Source of the DNA: an uncultured Acidobacteriota bacterium | GTDB taxonomy: Bacteria; Acidobacteriota; Thermoanaerobaculia; UBA5066; DATFVB01 | DNA length: 64,000 nt | Direction: 5' to 3' | Assembly (NCBI GenBank): GCA_963813155.1 | Contig: CAWEYG010000001.1 | Coordinates: 288,001-352,000, forward strand | Part shown: one piece after another, positions 39,149 to 48,820 of the stretch | How positions within the stretch are numbered: position 1 is the first letter of the stretch | Layout of the letters: each line of letters begins with the position of its first letter | The notes under the pieces: generated by a model | Seen by the model: only the letters and a program-made list of their open reading frames with translations | Databases searched by the model: none | Told to the model about the DNA's origin: nothing | Translations under genes and position numbers: made by a program

Positions 39149-39934
39149 TCAGCGAGACGGCTCCGGGCAATAAGGGGAAAACCCGGCGGCCGCCTCGCGC
39201 CGCTCGAGAGCGTCGGGCCGACCCGGCAGAACTCCGAGCCGGACGAGCTGGGGATGAAATTCGTAGCGAAGGCGCACCGACGCCGCCGGCTGGCGCTCGA
39301 GATCCAGCGACACTTCGTAAACCTCGTGAGAGTCGCGGCGCCCCATCCCCGTCGCCGCAAATTCGTCGGAGAGGTCTCCGACCCCGGTCTTCGCTTCGCT
39401 CCGGGGCGCGGGCACTCCTCCGGCGGCGGATTCCCTGCGGACTCCCGGATCTTGCGAAGGCTGCGGCGCGGACAACATCGGAACGGGAAGCGGGGCGTGC
39501 TCTTTGTAGAACACCGCCTCGATCACGCCGAGGTCGCCGGTCTTTCCCAGCCACGCGCCGTAAGAGCCCTTCTCTCCCGTGAAGAAAAACTCGCGCGCGT
39601 CCGAGCCGTCGACCTGCCAGCCGGGGATCGTCACCGTCTCGTGGGGATCGAGAATCCACTTTTTCGCGCTCCAGGCATCCGTGTGACGGGCATCGATCGT
39701 GTTGAGCCCGTCCACGGCAAGCGCGACCGCGACCCGGTACGCCAGCGGGTTCGTGATTCGCAGCGCGTACCGCTGCCCGCGAACGGCTTCCACGTAGACG
39801 GAACCCCGGCCGCGGAGCTCGGATACCGGAGCGCCGTTGACAAGGACCGAGACCGAAAACCCGCGATCCTCCGCCGCGTGAGCCTCGGCCGCGAGGATCA
39901 GAAGACCGGCAAACCACTTCCATCGTCGTCCCAT
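39149..39934 (-). CDS. Hypothetical secreted beta-rich protein
   Basis: Signal peptide, SD AAGGAGG, normal codon usage; no recognisable function. Confidence 0.65.
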   Translation of the reverse strand: MGRRWKWFAGLLILAAEAHAAEDRGFSVSVLVNGAPVSELRGRGSVYVEAVRGQRYALRITNPLAYRVAVALAVDGLNTIDARHTDAWSAKKWILDPHETVTIPGWQVDGSDAREFFFTGEKGSYGAWLGKTGDLGVIEAVFYKEHAPLPVPMLSAPQPSQDPGVRRESAAGGVPAPRSEAKTGVGDLSDEFAATGMGRRDSHEVYEVSLDLERQPAASVRLRYEFHPQLVRLGVLPGRPDALERREAAAGFSPYCPEPSR

Positions 39935-41568
39935 AGGGCCTCCTTTGCCTCATGAGACACCGGCGCCGGCATAAGGTTCCCGGCCCGGGCGAGCCGGACC
40001 GGCGCGGAGACCAGAATGTAGAACCAGTCGGCGAGCGGCGAGCGAATCAGCTCATGGTCCCGTTCGAGCAGCGGGAGCAGAAACGCGTTGCGCGGGTCTT
40101 CCCTCGCGGCAATGTACACGGTCACGCCGTGGGCGATCTCCGAATCGAGGAACGGGACGAGGACTGCCGCTTCGGCTCGAAGCGATCGAGCGTCGTCCGC
40201 AGTGACGGCCCCCTCGCGCCAGCCGGGGTGCTGCTGCTGGGATGCGGGGAACGACACCAGCCGCACCCTCGAATCGCCCGCCGCGTAATACTCGAGCGGA
40301 GGCCGGGCAAGGCCGAGCGTGACGACGTCGGCAGACTGCCCCGGCGCGAGGCGCCCCCGAACGTCACGAAGGATGAGCTGCTCCCGCCGAGTCGGCCGCG
40401 GCCCGAAACGGGGGCGCCACTGGGGCACGACCGTCCACACGCAGGCGGCGGCGAGAAGCGCCCCGAGGACGCGCGCCGGGGGGCCCGCGCGGAATGCGGC
40501 CCGGGCCGCGAGCAAAGCGAGACCCGTCTCGGTGATCACTTCGAGCCGTCCCGGCAGCCCGATCGGTCGGTCGGCGAAAAGCGCCGCGGTCTCCAGAAGG
40601 AGAAAGCCGAAGAGGAGGAACGAGCCCGCGAGGGTTAGAAACCGTTCTCCCCGGGTATTCTCGCTCGAGCCTCTCCCTCGCGCCGATCCCCAGGCGAGAA
40701 GCACGACGACCAGAAGCGCGGACACGATCTCGCGCGCCGACAGCTGGGGAAGGATCGTGCCGGCCATCGGCGGATACGGCTTGCGCCACCCCGGCAGCGA
40801 AATCCGGGTGGACACGAGAATCGGCGCCCAGCGAGGAACGCCGCCCCAGATCTCGCGAATGTAGTCCGCGGCGCCGCGGGGAAGCCGCAGGGCCGCCGGA
40901 GTCCAGGCGAGCGCGGCCGCCGCGCCGGCGAGCAGGATCGCGGAGCCGCGCCCGCGTCCCCGCGCATCCCCGGCGGACAGGAGAGCGGCGAGGCCCACCG
41001 CGAGGACCGCGGCCGTTCCGTAGAAGTGCGTCGATCCCCCGGCCAACGTGCAGAGGACAGCGAGGGCAAAAAATCCTCTTCGCTCCGGCTCGGCTCCGGC
41101 GCGGACGAGCGCCCAGATCTGGAGGACGACGAGCAGCACGAGCAGGGCGTAAGGCTTCGCGTCCGTCGACTGGTCGATCTGGACCGTCGAGAGGCCGAAG
41201 AGCAACGCTGCCACGATCGCCCCCACCGAACCGAAGACGCGCCGGACGGCGTCGGCGAGAAAGCCGAGCGCGGCCATTCCGCAGAGAAGGGAGACGGTCT
41301 TCAGGGCGACCGGCCCGTCCCCGAAGAACGAGCCCCAGACCTTCATGCCGACGAAATACAGCGGAGGATGCGCCTCCGCGCGCACCGCGCCGAGGATCCG
41401 CGACCAGGAGTTTCGAGCCAGGTTCGCCGTCAGGAATTCGTCGAACCAGAGGAACTTGTCGTGGATCGCGGAGAGCCGCAGGAGGAGCGCGAGCCCGAAG
41501 ACGCCGCAGAAAATGCCGAACGCGGCGAAGAGCGAGCTCCTAGCGCCGCGCGCGTTTCCGGCTTCCAC
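39898..41568 (-). CDS. GT-C/PMT-like (glycosyltransferase 39/83-type) membrane protein
   Basis: LWFDE, HPPLYF, AKPYALL, THFY motifs and many TM segments. Confidence 0.75.
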   Translation of the reverse strand: MEAGNARGARSSLFAAFGIFCGVFGLALLLRLSAIHDKFLWFDEFLTANLARNSWSRILGAVRAEAHPPLYFVGMKVWGSFFGDGPVALKTVSLLCGMAALGFLADAVRRVFGSVGAIVAALLFGLSTVQIDQSTDAKPYALLVLLVVLQIWALVRAGAEPERRGFFALAVLCTLAGGSTHFYGTAAVLAVGLAALLSAGDARGRGRGSAILLAGAAAALAWTPAALRLPRGAADYIREIWGGVPRWAPILVSTRISLPGWRKPYPPMAGTILPQLSAREIVSALLVVVLLAWGSARGRGSSENTRGERFLTLAGSFLLFGFLLLETAALFADRPIGLPGRLEVITETGLALLAARAAFRAGPPARVLGALLAAACVWTVVPQWRPRFGPRPTRREQLILRDVRGRLAPGQSADVVTLGLARPPLEYYAAGDSRVRLVSFPASQQQHPGWREGAVTADDARSLRAEAAVLVPFLDSEIAHGVTVYIAAREDPRNAFLLPLLERDHELIRSPLADWFYILVSAPVRLARAGNLMPAPVSHEAKEALWDDDGSGLPVF

Positions 41569-44386
41569 CCAGGATCTTTCGCAGGTACTGCCCCGTGAAC
41601 GACTCGCGGACCGCCGCGAGGTCCTCCGGCGTGCCTTCCGCGAGGATGCGGCCGCCGCCCTCTCCCCCTTCGGGGCCCAGATCCACGACCCAGTCGGCCG
41701 TCTTGATGACGTCGAGGTTGTGCTCGATCACGATGACCGTGTTCCCCCGGTCCGTGAGGGAATGCAGCACGGAGAGGAGCTTGTGGATGTCGTCGAAGTG
41801 AAGGCCGGTCGTCGGCTCGTCGAGGAGGTAGAGCGTGCGTCCGGTCGAGCGTTTCGCGAGCTCGCGCGCGAGCTTGATTCTCTGCGCCTCGCCTCCCGAC
41901 AGCGTGGTCGCGGGCTGGCCGAGCGTGATGTAGCCGAGGCCGACGTCGGTCAGCGTTCCGCAGATGTTCGCGATCGGGGGGATGTTGCGGAACAGCTCGA
42001 ACGCCTGCTCGACGGTCAGGTCGAGGATTTCGGCGATCGACTTGCCCTTGTAGGTGACCTGCAGCGTCTCGCGGTTATAGCGCTTTCCCCCGCAGACCTC
42101 GCACGTCACGTAGATGTCGGGCAGGAAGTGCATCTCGATCTTGATCTGCCCGTCGCCGGAACAGGCCTCGCACCGGCCCCCCTTCACGTTGAAAGAGAAA
42201 CGGCCCGGCTGGTACCCGCGTGTCCGGGCTTCGGGAGTCTTCGACATCAGGTCCCGGATCGCGTTGAAGACCCCGGTGTACGTCGCCGGGTTGCTCCGCG
42301 GAGTGCGGCCAATCGGGGACTGGTCGATGTCGATGACCTTGTCGATCTCGAAGATCCCCTCGACGCGATCGTGCTTCCCCGGTTTTTCCGACGAATTGTA
42401 GAGGGCGCGCGCGAGCGCCGGGTAGAGGATGTCGTTGACGAGCGTCGATTTTCCGGAGCCGGAGACGCCCGTGACGCACGTCATGACCCCGAGCGGAAAT
42501 CGCACGTCCAGGTTCTTCAAGTTGTGCTCGCGGGCCCCCCGCACGACGAGCGCCTTCGCCGAGCCGGGCCGGCGCACGAGCGGGATCGGGATCTCCCGTT
42601 CGCCCGAGAGGTATTTGCCGGTGAGCGAGCGCGGAAAGCGCGCGATCTCCCCGGGCGCTCCCTGCGCGACGATCTCCCCCCCGTGCACGCCCGCGCCGGG
42701 GCCGAGGTCGATCACGTGGTCGGCCGCCTGGATCGTCTCCTGGTCGTGCTCCACGACGAGAACGGTGTTGCCGAGATCCCGCATCGAGAGGAGCGTGTCG
42801 ATCAGCTTCCGGTTGTCCCGCTGGTGCAACCCGATCGACGGCTCGTCGAGGACGTAGAGAACGCCGGTCAGCTTGGATCCGATTTGCGTGGCGAGATGGA
42901 TGCGCTGCGACTCGCCCCCGGAAAGCGTCGCGGCCGTGCGGGAGAGATTGAGGTAACCGAGCCCGACGTTCTCCATGAATCCGAGGCGATCGCGGATCTC
43001 CTTGAGGATCTTGCCGGCAATCTCCGTCTCCCGGGAGGAAAGACGGAGCGCTTCGAACCATTCGATCCCGTCGCTGATCGTGAGGCCGGAAATTTCGTCG
43101 ATCGCGCGGCCCGAGACCTTCACGGCGAGCGCCTCGGGCTTCAGGCGGCGCCCTCCGCACTCGGGGCAATCGGTCGCCGACATGTACCGCTCGAGCTCCG
43201 CCTGGTTCTCGGGATTGTCCGTTTCGCGATACCGGCGCTCGAGCATCGGGACGAGGCCCTCGTATTTCGACCGCCACTTGTACTCGCCCTTCTCGGCGAC
43301 CCAGGAGAAGTTGATCTCGTCCCTCCCCGAGCCATAGAGGATGACGTCCTTGGCCTTCTTCGAGAGATCCTGAAACTTCGTGTCGAGCGAAAACTTGTAG
43401 TGCCGGGCGAGCTGTTTCATCTGGCGGCTTCGCCAGTTCGTCGAACCGGGCTTCAAAATCCCGATCGCGCCGCCGTTGATCGACTTGTCGGGAGCAGCGA
43501 TCAGGCGGTCCGGGTCGGCGCGAAGAATCGATCCGAGCCCGGAGCACTTCGCGCAGGCGCCGTACGGCGAGTTGAAGGAGAAAAGCCGCGGCGTGATTTC
43601 CGAGAGCGATGTGCCGCAGTCGGGGCACGCGTAATTGGCCGAGAGCAGATCCTCGGTCCCGTCCGGCCGAAGGAGAACGACGAGCCCGCCCGAAACGCGG
43701 ACCGCCGTCTCGATGGAGTCGGCGAGTCTCTTGCGGTAATCGGCGTCCTCGGGACCCTTCGCGACGAGACGGTCGACGACGACCTCGATCGTGTGCTTCT
43801 TCTGCTTGTCGAGCTCGGGCGGCGAATCGAGATCCACCATTTCCCCGTCGACGCGGGCGCGGAGAAATCCCTCCTGGATCATCTGCGCCATCTGCTTCTT
43901 GTATTCGCCCTTCTTACCGACGACGTGCGGCGCGAGGATCGAAAAGCGCGCCCCCTCCGGAAGCCGGGCGGCCCGATCGACCATTTCCTGCACGGTCTGA
44001 GCGGCGATCGATCGGCCGCATTTCGGGCAGTGCGGCTTGCCGATCGACGCGTACAGGAGGCGAAGGTAGTCGTGGACCTCGGTGACCGTGCCCACGGTCG
44101 AGCGAGGGTTCTTGGAGGTCGTTCGCTGATCGATCGAAATCGCCGGCGAGAGGCCCTCGATCGAATCGACATCCGGTTTTTCCATCTGCTCCAGGAACTG
44201 GCGCGCGTAGGCGGAAAGGGACTCGACGTACCGCCTTTGTCCTTCGGCAAAAATCGTGTCGAAGGCGAGCGACGATTTCCCCGATCCGGAGACGCCGGTG
44301 ACGACGATGAGCCGGTCGCGGGGGATCTCGAGGGTGACGTTCTTGAGGTTGTGCTGTCGGGCTCCCCGGATCGTCAGAGACTCCAT
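41540..44386 (-). CDS. uvrA: Excinuclease ABC subunit A
   Basis: GARQHNLKN, two GVSGSGKS P-loops, zinc-finger Cys pairs, two LSGGE signatures, LDEPTTGLH. Confidence 0.98.
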   Translation of the reverse strand: MESLTIRGARQHNLKNVTLEIPRDRLIVVTGVSGSGKSSLAFDTIFAEGQRRYVESLSAYARQFLEQMEKPDVDSIEGLSPAISIDQRTTSKNPRSTVGTVTEVHDYLRLLYASIGKPHCPKCGRSIAAQTVQEMVDRAARLPEGARFSILAPHVVGKKGEYKKQMAQMIQEGFLRARVDGEMVDLDSPPELDKQKKHTIEVVVDRLVAKGPEDADYRKRLADSIETAVRVSGGLVVLLRPDGTEDLLSANYACPDCGTSLSEITPRLFSFNSPYGACAKCSGLGSILRADPDRLIAAPDKSINGGAIGILKPGSTNWRSRQMKQLARHYKFSLDTKFQDLSKKAKDVILYGSGRDEINFSWVAEKGEYKWRSKYEGLVPMLERRYRETDNPENQAELERYMSATDCPECGGRRLKPEALAVKVSGRAIDEISGLTISDGIEWFEALRLSSRETEIAGKILKEIRDRLGFMENVGLGYLNLSRTAATLSGGESQRIHLATQIGSKLTGVLYVLDEPSIGLHQRDNRKLIDTLLSMRDLGNTVLVVEHDQETIQAADHVIDLGPGAGVHGGEIVAQGAPGEIARFPRSLTGKYLSGEREIPIPLVRRPGSAKALVVRGAREHNLKNLDVRFPLGVMTCVTGVSGSGKSTLVNDILYPALARALYNSSEKPGKHDRVEGIFEIDKVIDIDQSPIGRTPRSNPATYTGVFNAIRDLMSKTPEARTRGYQPGRFSFNVKGGRCEACSGDGQIKIEMHFLPDIYVTCEVCGGKRYNRETLQVTYKGKSIAEILDLTVEQAFELFRNIPPIANICGTLTDVGLGYITLGQPATTLSGGEAQRIKLARELAKRSTGRTLYLLDEPTTGLHFDDIHKLLSVLHSLTDRGNTVIVIEHNLDVIKTADWVVDLGPEGGEGGGRILAEGTPEDLAAVRESFTGQYLRKILGGSRKRARR

Positions 44387-44488
44387 CCGGCCGATTCTAT
44401 CCGAGCGTCGAGCCCCGGGACTTTCGCAACCGGCCCCGCCTTTTCACCAGGAATAATGGCGGATGGCGGCCTGTTCTTTCTGACTCCA

Positions 44489-45475
44489 ATGCGAAAGAAC
44501 TGGGGAAAGACATTCGGACTGTTGCTGTGTGCCCTGGCGTTTGCCGGATCGCGGCCATTCACGCCCCCGAGCGCGGCCCCGCCGGCCGCCCCGGCGAAGA
44601 CCCCTGTCCGGACGGACAGCGCCGCTTCGGATCCCGGGGCCGGGAGCTTCGACATCCCGTTTGTCTACAACGACCGCGTCGCCCTCATGATCGACGCCTA
44701 CTGCAACCGCGTTCACGATCGTTTCGAAGAGGGGCTCGAAAACGCCGGCCGCTACGAGCCTCTGATCCGCACCACGTTTCAGGCCGAGGGCCTTCCCGAG
44801 GATCTCGTCTACGTCGCGATGATCGAATCTTCGTTTCGGCCGATGGCCCGCTCGAGCGCGCGCGCCCAGGGGATCTGGCAATTCGTGAAATCGACAGGCC
44901 ACCGATTCGGCCTGAAATCCGACTCGTACATCGACGAGCGGGCCGATCCCGCAAAGGCCACGCTCGCCGCCGCGAAGTTCTGGAAGACTCTCTACGGCGA
45001 GTTCGGCGACTGGAACCTCGCGATGGCGGCCTACAACTCGGGCGAAGGACGGGTCTCTTCGGCGATCCGCCGAACCGGGCTCGACGACTACTGGGACCTC
45101 TGCCGGCAGAACGCCCTGCCGCGCGAGACCTGCAACTACGTTCCCGGCGTAATCGCGGCCGGAATGATCGCCCGCGATCCGCGGCAATACGGGTTCGACG
45201 TCAAGCGCCAGGATGCCCCCGAGTTCGACACGGTCGTTGTCGACAAGCCGATCGACCTGCGCACCCTGGCGCGCAAGTCCGAAGTCGACCTGGGACAGCT
45301 CCGCGAGCTCAACCCGGAGCTCCGCACGACGCTCGTCCCGGGCCGCCGCTCCGGTTATCCCCTCGTCGTGCCGACCGGAGACCGCGAGGCGATCGAATCC
45401 ACGCTCGCCGCGCTTCCCGACCGCGGAAGGACCCGCGGCCGGGCGCGGCGGCCGCCCCAGTCGCGGGACGCCTAA
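44489..45475 (+). CDS. MltD-like lytic murein transglycosylase (SLT domain)
   Basis: AMIESSF, AQGIWQF, DERADP, AAYNSGEG, LPRETCNYV, LRELNP; start uncertain (44456 or 44489). Confidence 0.85.
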   Translation: MRKNWGKTFGLLLCALAFAGSRPFTPPSAAPPAAPAKTPVRTDSAASDPGAGSFDIPFVYNDRVALMIDAYCNRVHDRFEEGLENAGRYEPLIRTTFQAEGLPEDLVYVAMIESSFRPMARSSARAQGIWQFVKSTGHRFGLKSDSYIDERADPAKATLAAAKFWKTLYGEFGDWNLAMAAYNSGEGRVSSAIRRTGLDDYWDLCRQNALPRETCNYVPGVIAAGMIARDPRQYGFDVKRQDAPEFDTVVVDKPIDLRTLARKSEVDLGQLRELNPELRTTLVPGRRSGYPLVVPTGDREAIESTLAALPDRGRTRGRARRPPQSRDA

Positions 45476-45502
45476 TTTAATTCTGATATTTAGCTGTATT
45501 AC

Positions 45503-45515
45503 AGAATAAAATTCT
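45503..45515. promoter_or_regulatory. Lrp/AsnC-type palindromic operator
   Basis: AGAAT-AAA-ATTCT (minus strand AGAATTTTATTCT) in an AT-rich gap upstream of an Lrp-family gene. Confidence 0.65.
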
Positions 45516-45543
45516 TGAAACATCAATTCCGCATTGTTATTAT
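45515..45543 (+). promoter_or_regulatory. Sigma70-like promoter for leaderless lrp-marC
   Basis: TTGAAA-17 nt-TATTAT with an extended TG; ATG 6 nt downstream. Confidence 0.65.
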
Positions 45544-45549
45544 TGCGGA

Positions 45550-46029
45550 ATGTCCCACTATGACCCGACCGATGCGCGGATCCTGAACCTCCTCCAGGAG
45601 GACGGGTCGATGACGAACGCCGACCTCGCCGAGCGGATCGGCCTGACTCCCGCACCGACGCTGGAGCGCGTCCGGAAACTCGAGCGAGAGGGCTACATCC
45701 GAAAGTACGTCGCTCTCGTCGACCCGGGAAAGCTCGGAAAACCGGTGACCGCGTTCGTCTCGGTCATCATGCGGTCGCACGGGCAGCAGACGGACGAGTC
45801 TCTCCGAAAATCGGTCGCCCGGCTTCCGGAAGTCCTCGAATGCCACCACATTGCTGGCGAGGAGGATTACCTGCTGAAAGTCGTCGCGGCCTCGCCGACC
45901 GATTACGAGCGGTTCGTCCTGGGCAAGCTGATGAAGATCCCCGGAATCGAAAAGATCAAGACGACGTTCGTTCTTTCTTCCTCGAAGCTCGAGACGAAAG
46001 TCCTCGCCGAGATCGACGCGGGCCCCTGA
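45550..46029 (+). CDS. Lrp/AsnC family transcriptional regulator
   Basis: DARILNLLQEDG..LAERIGLT....ERVRKLE..GYI; PEVLECHHIAGEEDYLLKV. Confidence 0.93.
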   Translation: MSHYDPTDARILNLLQEDGSMTNADLAERIGLTPAPTLERVRKLEREGYIRKYVALVDPGKLGKPVTAFVSVIMRSHGQQTDESLRKSVARLPEVLECHHIAGEEDYLLKVVAASPTDYERFVLGKLMKIPGIEKIKTTFVLSSSKLETKVLAEIDAGP

Positions 46030-46030
46030 C

Positions 46031-46657
46031 ATGCAGGTCTGGAACTTCGGTTTTCTCGCGTTCACGTCGCTGTTCACGGTGATGAATCCGATCTCGGCAG
46101 CCCCGATCTTCGTCGGGATGACGGACGGAGATTCGCCCTCGGAGCGCCGGAAGGTCGCGTTCAAATCGAGCCTCGCCGCCGGGGCGACGCTGCTGACCTT
46201 CGAGGCCGCGGGCAGCCTGATCTTCTCCTTTTTCGGGATCACGGTCCCGGCATTCCAGATCGCCGGCGGCGTGCTCTTCACGATGATCTCGATCAAGACC
46301 CTGAACAACGGCCGCGAGGAGGTCGAAGCGGAAGAGGCGGCGGGAACCGACCCGTCGATCGTGCCGCTCGGCATCCCGACGATCGCCGGGCCCGGGGCGA
46401 TCTCGACGGTCATGGCGCTCGTCGGCCAGGCCACGACCTTTCCGCATCGGGCAGTCCTCGCGGGCGCGATCGGGACGGCAATCGTCCTCACGTGCCTGAT
46501 TCTGCTGGCCGCGCCGACGATCGTCGTTCGGATCGGCCGCACGGGACAGCGGATCGTCGCGAAGATCATGGGCCTCATCACGTGCGTGATCGGCGTCCAG
46601 TTCATCATCAACGGGATCACGCCCGTCGCCGTGCAGATCCTCAAGAGCGCGCGGTAG
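46031..46657 (+). CDS. MarC family membrane protein
   Basis: LFTVMNPI, FGIT..AFQIAGG, IVPLGIPTIAGPGAI, KIMGLI. Confidence 0.9.
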   Translation: MQVWNFGFLAFTSLFTVMNPISAAPIFVGMTDGDSPSERRKVAFKSSLAAGATLLTFEAAGSLIFSFFGITVPAFQIAGGVLFTMISIKTLNNGREEVEAEEAAGTDPSIVPLGIPTIAGPGAISTVMALVGQATTFPHRAVLAGAIGTAIVLTCLILLAAPTIVVRIGRTGQRIVAKIMGLITCVIGVQFIINGITPVAVQILKSAR

Positions 46658-46801
46658 GGAACTCTCGCTCGGCCCGCTTGGGTCGACAGGACCCATCCGG
46701 CGCACGGGAGAGGCGGGTTGCGCCGGAATATGAAATAAGGGCATGATTCCCTCAGCAAGCCGCCGGAGGCGCCTCCGGACGGCGGTCGGAGGGTTGGAAA
46801 A

Positions 46802-48820
46802 ATGAACGGTCGATCTCGCAACGGGAGAATCCCGAACTGGTTTCTCGCGCTGATTCTGGTGCTGCCGGCGGCTCGCTCGCAGGCGGGATACCTCAGCTGG
46901 ACGAGCCACGGGCCGGAAGGCGGCCAGATCACCGCGCTCGCGGTCGACTCCGCCAAGCCGGACACCGTTTACGCCGGAACCGGCTTTGCCGGCGTGTTTC
47001 GAAGCACCGACGGCGGCGCGAGCTGGAGCGCGGTCAGCACGGGTTTGACGGATCCCCACGTGCACGCGCTCGCGATCCATCCCTCGAATTCCTCGACCAT
47101 CTACTCGGGAACGCTCGACGGGGTCTTCAAGTCGACCGACGGAGGGCGGAAATGGACGCGCGCGAGCTCCGGGTTCAAGAAGAACGCGGTCGTCTTCTCT
47201 CTCGCGATCGACCCAACCGCCCCGGAGACCGTGTACGCGGGAACCAACGGCGACGACGTCTTCAAGACGACCGACGGCGGGGCCCACTGGCTGCCCCTTC
47301 CCACCGGCCAGAGCTACGGCGTGATTACGGCCCTCGCGATCGATCCCGTGCGGCACGACACCGTCTACGCGGCCTCCTTCAGCGGCGTCTTCAAGACGAA
47401 CGACGGAGGGCGCACCTGGGCCGCCGTTCGGCGGGGCATGACGGTGATGGACGTTTTCGCGATCGCGATCGACCCCGAGGCGCCGTCCACGATCTTCGCG
47501 GGAACCGGCCTCGGGGGAGCGTTCCGCAGCCTCGACGGCGGCGACCACTGGGAGCCGATCAACTCCGGGCTTCCGAGCGCCCTCGTGCAGGCCGTGGCCG
47601 TGAGCTCGAAGTTGCCGGGGACCGTCTACGCGGGCAACGGCACGAACGGCCTCTGGAAGAGCATCGACTCGGGAATCCACTGGAAACCGGTTTACAACGG
47701 CCTCTCCCGGCGCCTCGTGCAGACGATCGTCGCGGACCCCTCCAACGGCGACACGATCTTCGCGGGCACCGGCAGCGACGGCGTCTTCAAGACCGTCAAC
47801 GGAGGGCGTCGGTGGATCGCCTCCAACAGCGGGCTCGCCGGCGCAAGCGTCGGCGCTCTCGCCATCGACCCGTTCGTCCCGTCGACCCTGTACGCCGGAA
47901 CGCTCGGCGGCGGGATCCACAAGAGCGTCGACGGGGGCTCGAAATGGTCTCCGATCAACGCGGGCCTCCCGAACAATTCCTATGTCTTCGCCCTCATCGT
48001 CGACCCCGAGAGCCCGACGACCGTCTACGCCGGAACGGCGAGCGACGGCGTTTTCAAGAGCACGAACGGCGGGCGCGACTGGAGCCTCGCGAACTCCGGC
48101 TCGCAGAGCCGAAACGTCCACTGCCTCGTCCTCGACCCGGCCGACCCTCACACGCTCCGGGCCGGAACGACGCTTTCCGGAGTGCTCAAGAGCGTCGACG
48201 GCGGCAAGACGTGGACTGTCCTGAGCAACGGCCTCACGAACACCGACGTGCTCGCCTTGACGCTCGACCCGATGAATACCGCGGTTCTCTATGCCGGGAC
48301 GAATGAAGGCGGCGTCTTCCGGTCCGGCGACGGCGGAGCCCACTGGAAGGCGGTCAACGTCGGTCTTCCGAAGAACTCCGTCATCTTCGCGCTGCTCGTC
48401 GACCCCAAAACCCCGAGCACCCTCTATGCGGGCACGCAGGACGGAGTTTTCAAGACGAACACCAGCGGCGGCGAGTGGAAGGCCGTCAACATCGGGCTCA
48501 CGAACACGAACGTCTTCGGAATGACGATGGACCCGACCAATCCCGAGACCCTCTATGCCGGCACCCAGGAAGGCGTCTTCCGGACGACGGGCGGCGGCGG
48601 AAGCTGGGAGCCCTTCAACACGGGGATGTCCACGAACGTCGTGAGAGCGCTCGCGATGGAGAAATCGGGACGATTCCTCCTCGCCGGGACGGAAGAAGGT
48701 GTCTTCGACTACGCCTTCGTCCAGGGCAAGCTCGAAGCGCCGACTCCCGTTTCGGCGGCCGACGGAGGAACGCGGACCGGAGAGATCGCCGCTACGGCCC
48801 CGGGGGCGCTTCGGAGGTAG
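46802..48820 (+). CDS. Secreted BNR/Asp-box repeat beta-propeller protein
   Basis: Signal peptide and 13 G-x-F-[KR]-S/T-x-D/N-G-G-x-x-W-like units of ~43-45 aa. Confidence 0.85.
   Translation: MNGRSRNGRIPNWFLALILVLPAARSQAGYLSWTSHGPEGGQITALAVDSAKPDTVYAGTGFAGVFRSTDGGASWSAVSTGLTDPHVHALAIHPSNSSTIYSGTLDGVFKSTDGGRKWTRASSGFKKNAVVFSLAIDPTAPETVYAGTNGDDVFKTTDGGAHWLPLPTGQSYGVITALAIDPVRHDTVYAASFSGVFKTNDGGRTWAAVRRGMTVMDVFAIAIDPEAPSTIFAGTGLGGAFRSLDGGDHWEPINSGLPSALVQAVAVSSKLPGTVYAGNGTNGLWKSIDSGIHWKPVYNGLSRRLVQTIVADPSNGDTIFAGTGSDGVFKTVNGGRRWIASNSGLAGASVGALAIDPFVPSTLYAGTLGGGIHKSVDGGSKWSPINAGLPNNSYVFALIVDPESPTTVYAGTASDGVFKSTNGGRDWSLANSGSQSRNVHCLVLDPADPHTLRAGTTLSGVLKSVDGGKTWTVLSNGLTNTDVLALTLDPMNTAVLYAGTNEGGVFRSGDGGAHWKAVNVGLPKNSVIFALLVDPKTPSTLYAGTQDGVFKTNTSGGEWKAVNIGLTNTNVFGMTMDPTNPETLYAGTQEGVFRTTGGGGSWEPFNTGMSTNVVRALAMEKSGRFLLAGTEEGVFDYAFVQGKLEAPTPVSAADGGTRTGEIAATAPGALRR

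Noticed and set aside
41345-44455. N-terminal ~1040 aa of the 1376-aa ORF
   Set aside because: Antisense shadow of uvrA; only the final transglycosylase part has motifs.
44387-44488. LexA/SOS box upstream of uvrA
   Set aside because: No CTGT-N8-ACAG, GAAC-N4-GTTC or GTTC-N7-GTTC pattern seen.
46900-48720. CRISPR-like periodic DNA
   Set aside because: The periodicity is from degenerate protein repeats inside one ORF; there are no identical repeats with unique spacers and no cas genes.
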